Below the pieces are notes generated by a model. The model had not been told where the DNA came from. It saw nothing but the letters and a program-made list of their open reading frames with translations, and ran no database searches. A stretch of 64,000 nt of DNA from Octopus vulgaris (taxonomy: Eukaryota), in contig OX597819.1 of NCBI GenBank assembly GCA_951406725.2, forward strand, positions 117,118,001 through 117,182,000. The letters run 5' to 3'. Position numbers and translations under genes: made by a program. Below are positions 1 to 11,256 of the stretch, piece by piece (within the stretch, counting starts at the first letter, position 1; each line of letters starts with the position of its first letter).

Positions 1-605
<605 letters not shown>

Positions 606-665
606 AGACACACACACACACACAAACACACACGTATAGATAGATATTCATATACATATACATAC

Positions 666-717
<52 letters not shown>

Positions 718-718
718 G

Positions 719-796
<78 letters not shown>

Positions 797-826
797 TCGT
801 TTATTCTAGTATTCTTTTTACTTTTT

Positions 827-1421
827 TCAGTCATTCCACTGCGGTCATGCTGGATAATCCCCTTGAACGAACAAATCGACCCCAGAACTTATTCTTTGTA
901 AGACAAATACTTAATCTATCCGTCTCTCTTTCCGCACCTCTTAGTTACGGAGCTACGGGGACGTAACCACTCCCACATCGGTTACACTAACACACGCACG
1001 CAAATACACACACACACACGCAGACACACACACACACAAACACATATAGGGTGATCTGGCAGAAACGTTAGCACGCCATCTACCTTTACGTTCTGAGTTC
1101 AAATTCCGCCGATATCGGCTTTGTCTATCATCCTTTTGGGGTCGATAAATTAAGTTTTAGTTGTGCACTGGAGGTGATCTAGCCGACTAGCTTCCTCCCA
1201 CCAAATTTTGGGCGTTGTCCCTAGAGCAGAAAATTATATACATATATATAGTCTGCTTTCAGGGATTCTTTCAATTTCCGTCAGCTAAATCTACATACAA
1301 CGCTCTGGTCGGCCCGAGGCTATATTAGATGACACTTGCGCAAGGCGCCAAGCAGTGCGACGGAACTCGGAACCATGTGGTTGGCAACCAATCCCCTTAC
1401 CATACAGCCACTCATGCGCCT
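827..1421 (-). mobile_element. SINE family A, interrupted by a family B SINE
   Basis: 1265-1421 matches 118-273. 827-985 is the 3' half with its tail (TTTCAGTCATTCCACTGCGGTCATGCTGG on the plus strand). Confidence 0.75.
1047..1232 (+). mobile_element. tRNA-derived SINE (family B), nested in family A
   Basis: TGGCAGAAACGTTAGC (A-box-like), GAGTTCAAATTCC (B-box-like), core TCATCCTTTTGGGGTCGATAAATTAAG. Same family as 18981, 57530, 60498 and 61211. Confidence 0.8.
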
Positions 1422-1994
1422 GTAAGACCTTCTATCTATAAATGCTCTAATGTCTATACAGCCTTTTTTTTTATCTCATTACACAAAAAATTCATATAAA
1501 CACACGCTGACATGGAACCAACGTTGAACGCTTTACTCGCAATATTACCGAATCTGGAGCTTAACTATTGTCTGTCTATAGCACTTATTCAGCATTACCT
1601 GACACCTTTGGGTCTCAAAGACACAATTATCACTTATAACCTCAACTTCTCGCTAATATAAGCACTTCTCCCAGGTAAATCTTCTGTAATGGATAAACAA
1701 ACAATTCCTTGGCATTTCTCTTAAGGACAGAGCTATTCCTTCACATAAGACCTTCCTATTACTCCTCCTCTCCAAAACCAAGGACCTAATCAAAAGAATG
1801 TGATGCAAGGCGTTTTTCCACGACAATCTGAAATATAAAATTGACAATGGTTACAATAAATATAACCTCAAGTCATATAAGAACCCTCCGCACATTAATT
1901 AATATTCTAGAAACAGCTGTAAGACCTGCTATCTATAAATGCTCTAATATCTATACAGCCTTGGTGTTTTTTTATCTCATTACACAAAACGTTC

Positions 1995-1996
<2 letters not shown>
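1420..1996 (+). mobile_element. Small Penelope-like element remnant bounded by ~75-bp direct repeats
   Basis: Repeats at 1420-1495 and 1917-1996. Internal frame LGISLKDRAIPSHKTFLLLLLSKTKDLIKRM*CKAFFHD (~1708-1825) resembles the PLE N-terminal motif SLKNIPIP...IKRMRWKAFF. Hammerhead 3' half GAAACAGCTGTAAGAC at 1910-1925. Confidence 0.55.
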
Positions 1997-2039
<43 letters not shown>

Positions 2040-2160
2040 TTCAGCAAAATTTAGATTCAAATGAATATGGTACTTAAATTAGATGCACCAGAATTTTGTA
2101 TGGTGTTATCCATATAAATCCATGGGGTGATTATAATCAAAATAAGCAATAAAAATGATA
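2040..2160 (+). repeat. Unclassified interspersed repeat; inverted copy at ~6960-7075
   Basis: AAAATTTAGATT...ATCAAAATAAGCAA aligns by eye with the reverse complement of 6960-7075. Confidence 0.7.
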
Positions 2161-2247
2161 TATATAGATATATATGATATATATATATATATGGCGGTGC
2201 CCCAGAATGGCCACGGCTCGTGAGCTGAAACTAAATGAAGTGAAATG

Positions 2248-2350
<103 letters not shown>

Positions 2351-2402
2351 TATATATACATATATATATATATTTATATATATATATGTATATATATATA
2401 TG

Positions 2403-2448
<46 letters not shown>

Positions 2449-2550
2449 TATATGTTAGATGACTATGAATATGTACCTTTTTCCTCTATCTTGATGTCGA
2501 CAGTGAAGAATCTGCGCAATGCTATGTAAATGACATGTTGAAATTTTACA

Positions 2551-3030
2551 GGAAACATCATTAGATTTCTGTTATGTCTGTTGTATGTTTTAAGATACTA
2601 CGCATTCAGCACTCCAATTTTATTTCAGTCCAAAGTATCCATGTTATTATTACCAAAGAGACTGTTGCATTGGTTTATTCTATGCACTCTTCACAACTTC
2701 GTCATTAGAACGAGGACAAGATAATACAAATCTGAATTGCCAAGCGATTTTATTTAACCTCTAATAATGTTAGATCACGTAGACTACGTAGTTTACCATA
2801 TTTAGATCGATTTTGAACTTCTAAACATTACTCTAGCTATTATTGCAAGGCATAATTCACTCGTGTTTGTTTGACAATCCACTATAACATTCTTAATGTA
2901 TATTACGTTGTAACAAATTTGTACTATTATTAACTTTCTTCTACCTATACAATTGCAAAACAGTAATTCTACGTCTCTCTTCCTATGATGATTAAATTGT
3001 AACTGTTTATTCGCTTTTACATAAGGACGC
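2551..3030 (+). pseudogene. Possible decayed rhodopsin-class GPCR fragment (TM1 end to TM5)
   Basis: Acceptor-like TTTTACAG|GAAACATC gives GNII..., then LLHWFIL...IRT, FTIFRSI about 80 codons after the N, and FYVSLPMMI..CNC. Needs several frameshifts. Confidence 0.3.
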
Positions 3031-3271
3031 AATGAACTGTATTTCCTAGATACGTAATGCAAAATTGCTATGCCTAAATCTAAAACAAATCTAGTAATAT
3101 CGCACAATTCTAATGCAAATGAATAAAACCTTTGTAGTAAATTCTAACCGAATATTACGATTATATTTCTTCCTACAATCCGTAATGATATAAGCGCACA
3201 AACACGCACATACACACGCACACACACAAACGCGCGCACACACCACAAACCACATAATAACTGGTAGATAA

Positions 3272-3308
<37 letters not shown>

Positions 3309-3877
3309 AATACATATACAAGCATACATATGTGTATATAGATATGTTCGTATGTATGCTGATATATGTATACATATGATATTATGGTGAGATAGAGAAA
3401 AAGAAAAGGCGTGTGTTTAACTTTGCTTGAAGCATTTCTGTATGAAATCAGTGTGTTGCCGAAGACTTCAGAGACACGGATCGAATATAAAATAAATATA
3501 TTAACAATTATAGATATATTGAAATATTACTTCGTAAATATATAAGCACACCTGACATTTCGAGTAAATTTTAGTAAAAGAAAATTGCGTGTTAACTTGT
3601 TTTTCCAGTTCTGTCCGTATGCGTGTTAGAATGATTTCCTTCGGGAATATATTAAATTTAAGATTCCAGTGATAATATTGCATTCATTATAAAATCCGAA
3701 AGTAGATTAAAAATTACAAGCGAGTTATTTTTAACAAGATTTAATTCGATATCTTTCCTCTAAAACATTTCACAGATGATGGAAGTTTATCCAGAACTAT
3801 AAATTCCGCATCTCTTAACTCACAAAACGAACTGTGATTAAACTAATAATCGTCCCTTGTTTTCTTACACTTAAATA

Positions 3878-4055
3878 TATTTTCAATATAAATATTAGGG
3901 CGCAAAGCTAAAGGTGGCGTTGTTTTATCTTTCATATCATTATTGAAAGGGTCAGGCGGTATGGAGGTATCTATGATGCAGCGTATAACTGATTTCGTAA
4001 CCCGTATTACGCTTTTATATAAAAATATTCCCCACAGAAAGATGCACACGTAACG

Positions 4056-4092
<37 letters not shown>

Positions 4093-4093
4093 G

Positions 4094-4137
<44 letters not shown>

Positions 4138-4148
4138 ATATCTATCTA

Positions 4149-4181
<33 letters not shown>

Positions 4182-4369
4182 ATGTATCTGTCTGGGTGGC
4201 TGTCAATCTATATTTTTGTCTGTTTGTCTGTCTGTCCGTCTTCCACTCTGTCTCTCTGTCTGTCTATACTTAGGTATTTTTAATATAAATATTATGGCGC
4301 CAAGTTAAAGGTAGCGTTGCATTATCTTTCATATGATTATTGAAAGGACAGGCGGTATGGATGTATCTA
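3878..4369. repeat. ~95-bp imperfect direct repeat (3878-3973 / 4275-4369) around a (CTAT)n/(TA)n tract
   Basis: AATATAAATATTA..GCGC.AAG.TAAAGGT.GCGTTG...CAGGCGGTATGGA.GTATCTA occurs twice. Confidence 0.9.
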
Positions 4370-4589
4370 CCTATTACTTACGCGGGAAGAAAACAGGCTG
4401 TATCGTGCCAAAATCCATATGCTGACAGACTGGGCCCTTGATACACGTGAGGGTGAAAAATGGTGTTCTCCATTGGAGACGTAGGTGCCTACTGGGAACC
4501 TGTGGCCATCGTAGTGGTCGATGGGAAAGTCATGAGTGTATTAATAACCAACTGCTTACAATACAGATTTCAGATATTGCCTTTTAAAT

Positions 4590-4870
4590 TCTTTCTCTTC
4601 GGACACAATAATCATTACCCTAATTCCTGTTCCTGCTCCCCCATAATTCCTCTAAGTCAAAGATTTTATATGATTTCATCACGCATTCACATCTTTTCTC
4701 AACATTAAACTTATGTTCGTCTTCCGAACTCAGTTGCAACAGCTCCCTTAAATTCTACATTAAGACACTCTACTCTACATCCAAAAATAATTACTCTGTT
4801 GCACTAATTTCACCCTAAAAACTTACTCTGAAAATCAAAGCCACTTTCACCACATCCACTAGCTTATTCT
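4590..4870 (-). mobile_element. Possible highly degraded CR1-like RT fragment
   Basis: Scattered motifs VDVV..FDF, KFNVEK, E.ELG in mixed frames. Confidence 0.25.
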
Positions 4871-5034
4871 TTATCATAGGTAGTTTTCTGATGCTGATAT
4901 TCATGTGTGAATTTCGTCCATTGCGCTATGTATTGAATAGATTAATTATATATACTTTACTCGGCTAAGTGAACATGAAACTTGAAATTTAAATTTATTT
5001 AACTGAAAGTGACGTAGGGTAGAGAGCTTAATAG

Positions 5035-5920
5035 AATGCTAAAAATACAGGAGCTGCCACAGTAATGCGACAGCTCCTGCATTGGATCCACAGAAAAGAA
5101 GCTGGTCAAAAATAATTCCAAACCCCCTATCATTTAGGTTTTCGTGCCTCTCGTCAGTCTTGGTCTTGAATGAGCCAAAAGAATAAGATTGGAAATCAAG
5201 AAACCGAAACAGGTTGCTGATAAACATTTGTATATTTATTGCCAAGTCTAATTGTGTCATATTTGTTTTAGCGGAATTGAATTTTGAGAAGGCCAATCAC
5301 CTTGCACAAGAACCTTGCTAATAGAATGCATGTTTCCGATAGGCGCATTGTTAGGAAAAGAAGTAAAAAAAACATCAATGAATTGATGCCTGTATTTTCT
5401 GTATTGGAAATGACATTTGCTTCTACCGTACATAGTTCTTGACCGTCTTTCACAGTACAAATCGTAATGTGTACGATTAGTAATGCACATACAAATACTG
5501 GTGGTGTTGATAGATTTGGATGGGTGTGGTAAAAAAGAATAAGCTCCGGTTGCAGGATATGTAGTGGCAGAATGAATGGTAACAAAGTCCATTAGCATGT
5601 TATATAATTTGTGTGTGTATGGAACCAGTTACTTCCTAGACGTGATATTGTCTAGCATTCAGACTCCGACCTTAATGTTGTAAGTGAATTGGCATTGAAT
5701 CCACACAATAGTTTCGACATTGAAGAGAACATCTAATGTTGGCTTATTTATTAGCGCAGCTTTGTGTACGTCATATCCCTACAGGACTTCATGGAGAAAC
5801 TTAGGCGTCGCATCTTCCAGTGGTGTATCAATGAATTAGTGTATATTGAAATTTTTTTTCTCTATGTTTGTATTCAGAAACAAAACAAGAATAGCAACAA
5901 CATAATTGAAAAAAACCTGA
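5035..5920 (-). pseudogene. Decayed rhodopsin-class (peptide-receptor-like) GPCR, TM1-TM7 traceable
   Basis: In order on the minus strand: FFNYVVAILVLF (TM1), KMRRLSFS and AAL...VWIQCQFTYNIK (ICL1/TM2), KLYNMLMDFVTIHSA and LPHPSKSINT (TM3/ICL2), LLIVH..ELC, FIDVFFTSFP (TM5), AKTNMTQLDLAINIQMFISNL (TM6), QLLFCGSNA and HYCGSSCIF (TM7). Many stops and frameshifts. Confidence 0.55.
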
Positions 5921-6785
5921 TTTCATTCGATCATGATTTTCTTTTTTACGTTCAACATCTTTCATTCCGATCTGTGGAATATTTTGAAAGGAAAAATGAT
6001 TTCGGAATTTTTAGCTGTACATCGCTGTGTGAGTAATTTTTATAAGTATTCGAGATAGGCGAGATTTGTTTTCGGGAACAGTAGCATCCAATTTCAATCT
6101 ATTTTCTTTTCATGTTGCATATAGTTTGTGAGTGTGAACTGTGTCTAAACCGTTGTAATGTGTAGTTTGCTCTATCTATAATCTTTTTTTCCTGCTGTTT
6201 GTTAAAGCGATATTGAAGACCTAGACAGGATTGATATAATCCAGATTGTATCTAATATAGAGTTTGTAAACTAGTATTATTGATTTTTGTTTATGAAATG
6301 TTGTTAAAGTGAATATCTATGTATTTGCAAGTGGTTTGCTTTATTGATTTTGTTTTGCATATGCTTTAAATGTAGTAATGGTATGTACATAATACAGAAG
6401 CAGTGTTTCAGAGATACTATACAGAGATTGTCATAACTATAATCATGAGTGAATACCCAAGGAATTAGTAGGCAAAATCTTCATCTAAATGGTTTTCAAG
6501 CATTAACACCAGAAGCTGGATTACAAATTCGATACGTTTAGCTCAGAAAAAAGAACAGAAGAATATAGAAAATCGAAGTGATTAAAAACTTCCCATGGAT
6601 GTGGCGCTAAACCTGAAACACTGAAATGTAAGGTAATATTTTAGCCTGTTGTATGTTTTATTTGAATAAATTGTTTGACTTTTAAAAAACATAAAAGAAA
6701 GCATTTACTTACAGGAGACGATACTTCATGAAATCTATGTTACTCTAATATATATATATAAACATATATATGCATGCATACATAC

Positions 6786-6819
<34 letters not shown>

Positions 6820-6823
6820 GTAC

Positions 6824-6878
<55 letters not shown>

Positions 6879-7129
6879 TGTGTGTATATATGTATGTATA
6901 TGATTGCATTTTTCATAGAAATGGAGTCTCATGAACCGATCGTACTGCATTACCTCTGGATATCCTTGTTGCTTATTTTGATTTTAATCACCATATTTTG
7001 AAATTGTATGGATAATACCATAGTAAATTCTAGTGCCTCAACTTAAATACGATACTCATCTCAATCTAAATTTTATATATATGTACATGTATGTATGTAT
7101 GTTTGAATGTATGTATGTATATATATATT

Positions 7130-7199
<70 letters not shown>

Positions 7200-7460
7200 G
7201 TAGGTCCCGGGTTGATTCGGGGTTAACCACAGTAAGTAAGGTACTCAATACATAGCAGAGTAAAAATATTTTATTATATAGAAGGAGCTTCTACAGGACT
7301 AGTACTGTTTCATTCAAGAGAAATCTTCAGGAAGCTATTTAACAAGAATTGTATTAGCATTTATACATTTAGGCAGGTTTAAAGGAGTGGTGGTGGGGGA
7401 CTTTTGGGGGTAGGCATAGCGCAAAATATCATACTTGGGGGAGTGGTCAAGGAGTCAGTG
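7200..7460 (-). mobile_element. Penelope-associated terminal repeat (pLTR-like) fragment carrying a hammerhead
   Basis: Complex-sequence island between (TA)n and A-rich tracts, containing the hammerhead at 7286-7336. PLE association is inferred. Confidence 0.45.
7286..7336 (-). ncRNA. Type I hammerhead ribozyme motif, intact core
   Basis: Minus strand AGCUUC-CUGAAGA-UUUCUCUUGAAU-GAAA-CAG-UACUAGUC-CUG-UA-GAAGCU: 6-bp stem I, weak stem II, stem III CAG/CUG, GUA cleavage triplet. Confidence 0.8.
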
Positions 7461-7659
7461 GTAATTTAGATGAAAGAATAGATAAATAAAAAAATAAAAA
7501 AATAAAAAATAAAAAAATAAAATAGAAAAATAAGAAAATAAAAAATATAAAATATAAAAAATATATATAAAAAAATATATATATAAAATATATATATAAA
7601 AAAATATATATATAAAAAAAGGGGGGATAGAGTTATAGGTAAATAAGGAGATTCTCACT

Positions 7660-7726
7660 TATACCTATACACACATGTATACGTACCTACACACACATAC
7701 ATACATACACATATATATACACACAC

Positions 7727-7771
<45 letters not shown>

Positions 7772-7918
7772 CATATGTACACACATACATACATATCTAC
7801 ATACACACATACATACACCCGCCCACATATACAAATTTATACACATGCACATGCCTATACCTGTCTACACATACACACACGTATATATGCATACACTCAC
7901 TCCCATGCATGCACGCAT

Positions 7919-7949
<31 letters not shown>

Positions 7950-8405
7950 CCCACGACCACACATACATATATACACATAAAAATATATTATACATATATA
8001 TATATACAATCCAATACAGGCCCATTCCCTAATTTTAATTTTATTATCTTCATTTATTACTTTTGTTATCTTTGATCGCTAGGGCTAAGAATCCTGGCAA
8101 TGGCTGCATGTCCATTTGTCTGTCTACTAGAAGGCAAGTACTCATTCCCGCACGCACACTCATTAGCACGTACATTCACCCATTCGTACACTCATACACA
8201 TACACGTACGCACGCGTTATATTCATACATACAAACATCTACATACGTTCACGTATATACACATACGTACTCGTACCTACAGATTCGTGTCTACACTTTA
8301 GGAGGCTAGTCTATACATATACCCCAATAAATATACATATATATATATATATACCCGCATATACATACACACACACACATATATACTCCTACATACAGAT
8401 ACATA

Positions 8406-8450
<45 letters not shown>

Positions 8451-8946
8451 CACATACATACATATACACACATACATATACACACACATACATACACATA
8501 TATATACATACACAAACATATATACACACATATATATATACATACACACATACACACATACATACGTATACATACATACATACATCCATACATCCATACT
8601 TACATGCATTTATACGCATACACACACCCATCTATATATATGTATATATATATATATATATATACACACTCACACATACATATACAAATCTACGCACACA
8701 CATACATACATACACGTATACGCATACACGCACATACACATATACATGCGTACCCATACACGTGCACACACGCACGCGCATCCATATATATACACACACA
8801 CACATATATATACACGTGTGCAAGTATACATACATACTCATACGCGCGCACATACTTACAAATACATATATGCACACACTTACACACATATATATACATA
8901 CACATATACATGCATACATACATATATGCATACATACACACACGCA

Positions 8947-8992
<46 letters not shown>

Positions 8993-9472
8993 TATATACA
9001 TATATAGATATACATACACATACATACACATACACATACATACACACATACATATACACACATATATATACATATATATATATATATACACATATACACA
9101 TACATATATACACATATACATACATATACATACACACACACATACATATATACATATACACTGATACACATACCCATACATACACATGCATATACTTATA
9201 TCACTACATACTCACATATATAAACATATATACATATACACACATACATATATACATGTACATACACATACGTATGCATATATATATATATATACATATA
9301 TATACACATATATATATATATATACATACATACACACACACACACACATACATATACACATATACATGTATACATACGCAAAAATGATACACATATATAC
9401 ACATACACACACACAGACAGATGCATATATACATATACACACACACATATACAAATACATACATACACACAT

Positions 9473-9503
<31 letters not shown>

Positions 9504-9515
9504 CATACATGTATG

Positions 9516-9553
<38 letters not shown>

Positions 9554-9575
9554 AATGTACATACACACATACTCA
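7660..9575. repeat. ~1.9-kb compound low-complexity tract of (CA)/(TA)/(CATA) units
   Basis: Direct reading. Source of the long H/I/Y/T-rich spurious ORFs. Confidence 0.95.
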
Positions 9576-9889
9576 CTCGGTCGGTGAGACGCATATCTTG
9601 AAGTGAAAGATAAATAGATAAGAATAGTAGATCTCACCTGCTGAACATCTGCGACATTTGTTTTGAATTCAATAGCTTTACTTTAGAAATACCTGATTTC
9701 TGTGGTGCAGCATATCTCCTTGGGAAAGTACTTCCTATCATTCTAACAACAACCCGGTGTAAGAGCTGTATGGTGATATGATAGATGGAAACTATGTTGA
9801 TGGTTGTCTTGTATTATGCATGTATATATTAGTATCTCTTTGTGAATGTGCGTCTATATATATATGTATATATATATACATATATATGA

Positions 9890-10290
9890 TGGCTGACCCA
9901 TCGTCATCGAGTATGACCATTGCACGAAGATTAACTGTTATTGGTGCTGTGATCGAATATGACTTTTATTTGCTTTTTAAAGCCAGCTATTCAGTTGAGA
10001 CTCACGGCACCATCAACAATCATGAACAATGTTGCTATCGTGCAACGCCTCAGCAGGAAGATTTTTTAACGTGAGGAATGGCTGTGCACTGAGTCAATCC
10101 CACTCACTAAGCAACAGCATCCATAATCCGAAAAGAAGAACAAGTCAACATCATCGGTAACCACTGAGCCGCAGGTTTTATGTCGGAGTTATCCCAGTTA
10201 CCTGAGTTACCTTCTCCTAGAAGGTGACTCCTAACAAAGGCTAGGAGTCCTTCACTTCCTATGGTTTAACTGCGCAATCGGGTATACACG
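9890..10290 (-). mobile_element. Short non-autonomous RTE-related element (5'-UTR-like block plus RTE-like 3' tail)
   Basis: Minus strand CTAGCCTTTGTTAGGAGTCACCTTCTAGGAGAAGG resembles RTE 5'-UTR / Ceph-domain sequence. Ends ATGGTCATACTCGATGACGATGG. Confidence 0.45.
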
Positions 10291-10299
10291 TTTTACCAG

Positions 10300-10740
10300 A
10301 CTCAGATGTTGTTCAAAAGGGTTCCAAACGTGCTTCAAATTCATTTTTGTTTATGCCATTCATTTCCATATTTGTCCCATCCCAGATGTTCATCTTTTAT
10401 CTTTAATATACCATTTAGCAAATGTCCGTGTCTACATGCTGTTCTTGATTTTCACGATAATTGCCCTTAAATGGTCATCAGAGTCATTCGGGGAAGAGCT
10501 ACTGTCATGCCCTTCCCTAGTGAAATTGCTACATTATTGGTAGCGATAGCAGAGCTATATCAGTAGTGAAAGCGATATAGATTGGTGTATTGCGAATCGA
10601 TATCTTGCATTCCCTGAGCTTTCAATACTGCATTCATCGCAACGCAATCAAAGCCCTAGTTCTATTTGACAAAAGCAATGTACTAAAGCACTTTTTTGAA
10701 AATCTGTTTGATTCCTCGGGTGCTACTCATCAATAGTCTT
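10300..10740 (-). mobile_element. Degraded RTE-clade reverse transcriptase fragment
   Basis: YIAFVK*../AFDCVAMNAVLKAQGMQDIDSQY resembles RTE YIAFVDYEKAFDSVE..AVL.AL..QGID. Confidence 0.5.
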
Positions 10741-11019
10741 GCGACTCTGACATTTTAAAGCATATTATAGAGGTGAGATAAAAAACATATGGGCCATAAT
10801 TACTTAAATAATTTATAACAGCTTGTTTACTCATGGTAGTAAGTACAAATGTGTATGTGCGTCAAAGAAATTACATATTAACCGTTCAAGTAGGGTTTAA
10901 ATCTTCTTCCTTCGTATATTCGCTGTTGCTCCAATGAAGTGACTGAGCATTTATAAAATGGAATTATTTAAAATTTGGAGATTCCATCTCGGTACGTGCT
11001 GCTATGTATCAGTCTCAGA

Positions 11020-11074
<55 letters not shown>

Positions 11075-11089
11075 TATATATATATATAT

Positions 11090-11110
11090 ATAATAATAGT
11101 AATGATAATA

Positions 11111-11168
<58 letters not shown>

Positions 11169-11180
11169 TAATAATAATAA
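11090..11180. repeat. (AAT)n microsatellite, 5' flank of the Dong element
   Basis: Direct reading. Confidence 0.97.
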
Positions 11181-11256
11181 TTTATTACCATTTTCGAAAC
11201 GAAATGATGTATTTTGACTCGATATCATCTCCACCTCTAACACAACACATGTAAAC

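Noticed and set aside
6595-6635. GAAACA..TGTAAGG hammerhead-like 3' half, also a possible splice donor
   Set aside because: No CUGANGA core, and all three upstream frames contain stops.
8063-9637. Long ORFs (up to 314 aa) rich in H/I/Y/T or C/V/M/Y
   Set aside because: Translations of (CA)/(TA) low-complexity DNA, open on both strands in several frames. The same applies to most short ORFs in the track.
9637-9700. Possible 62-nt minus-strand exon ending CAG|GTGAG
   Set aside because: No polypyrimidine tract and no recognisable peptide.
10425-10485. Minus-strand CTGATGA...GAAA
   Set aside because: Stems I and III cannot form, and it lies within an RTE coding relic.
11181-11256. HDV-like ribozyme in the Dong 5' UTR
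   Set aside because: Known in some R2/R4 elements, but I cannot see the nested pseudoknot here.
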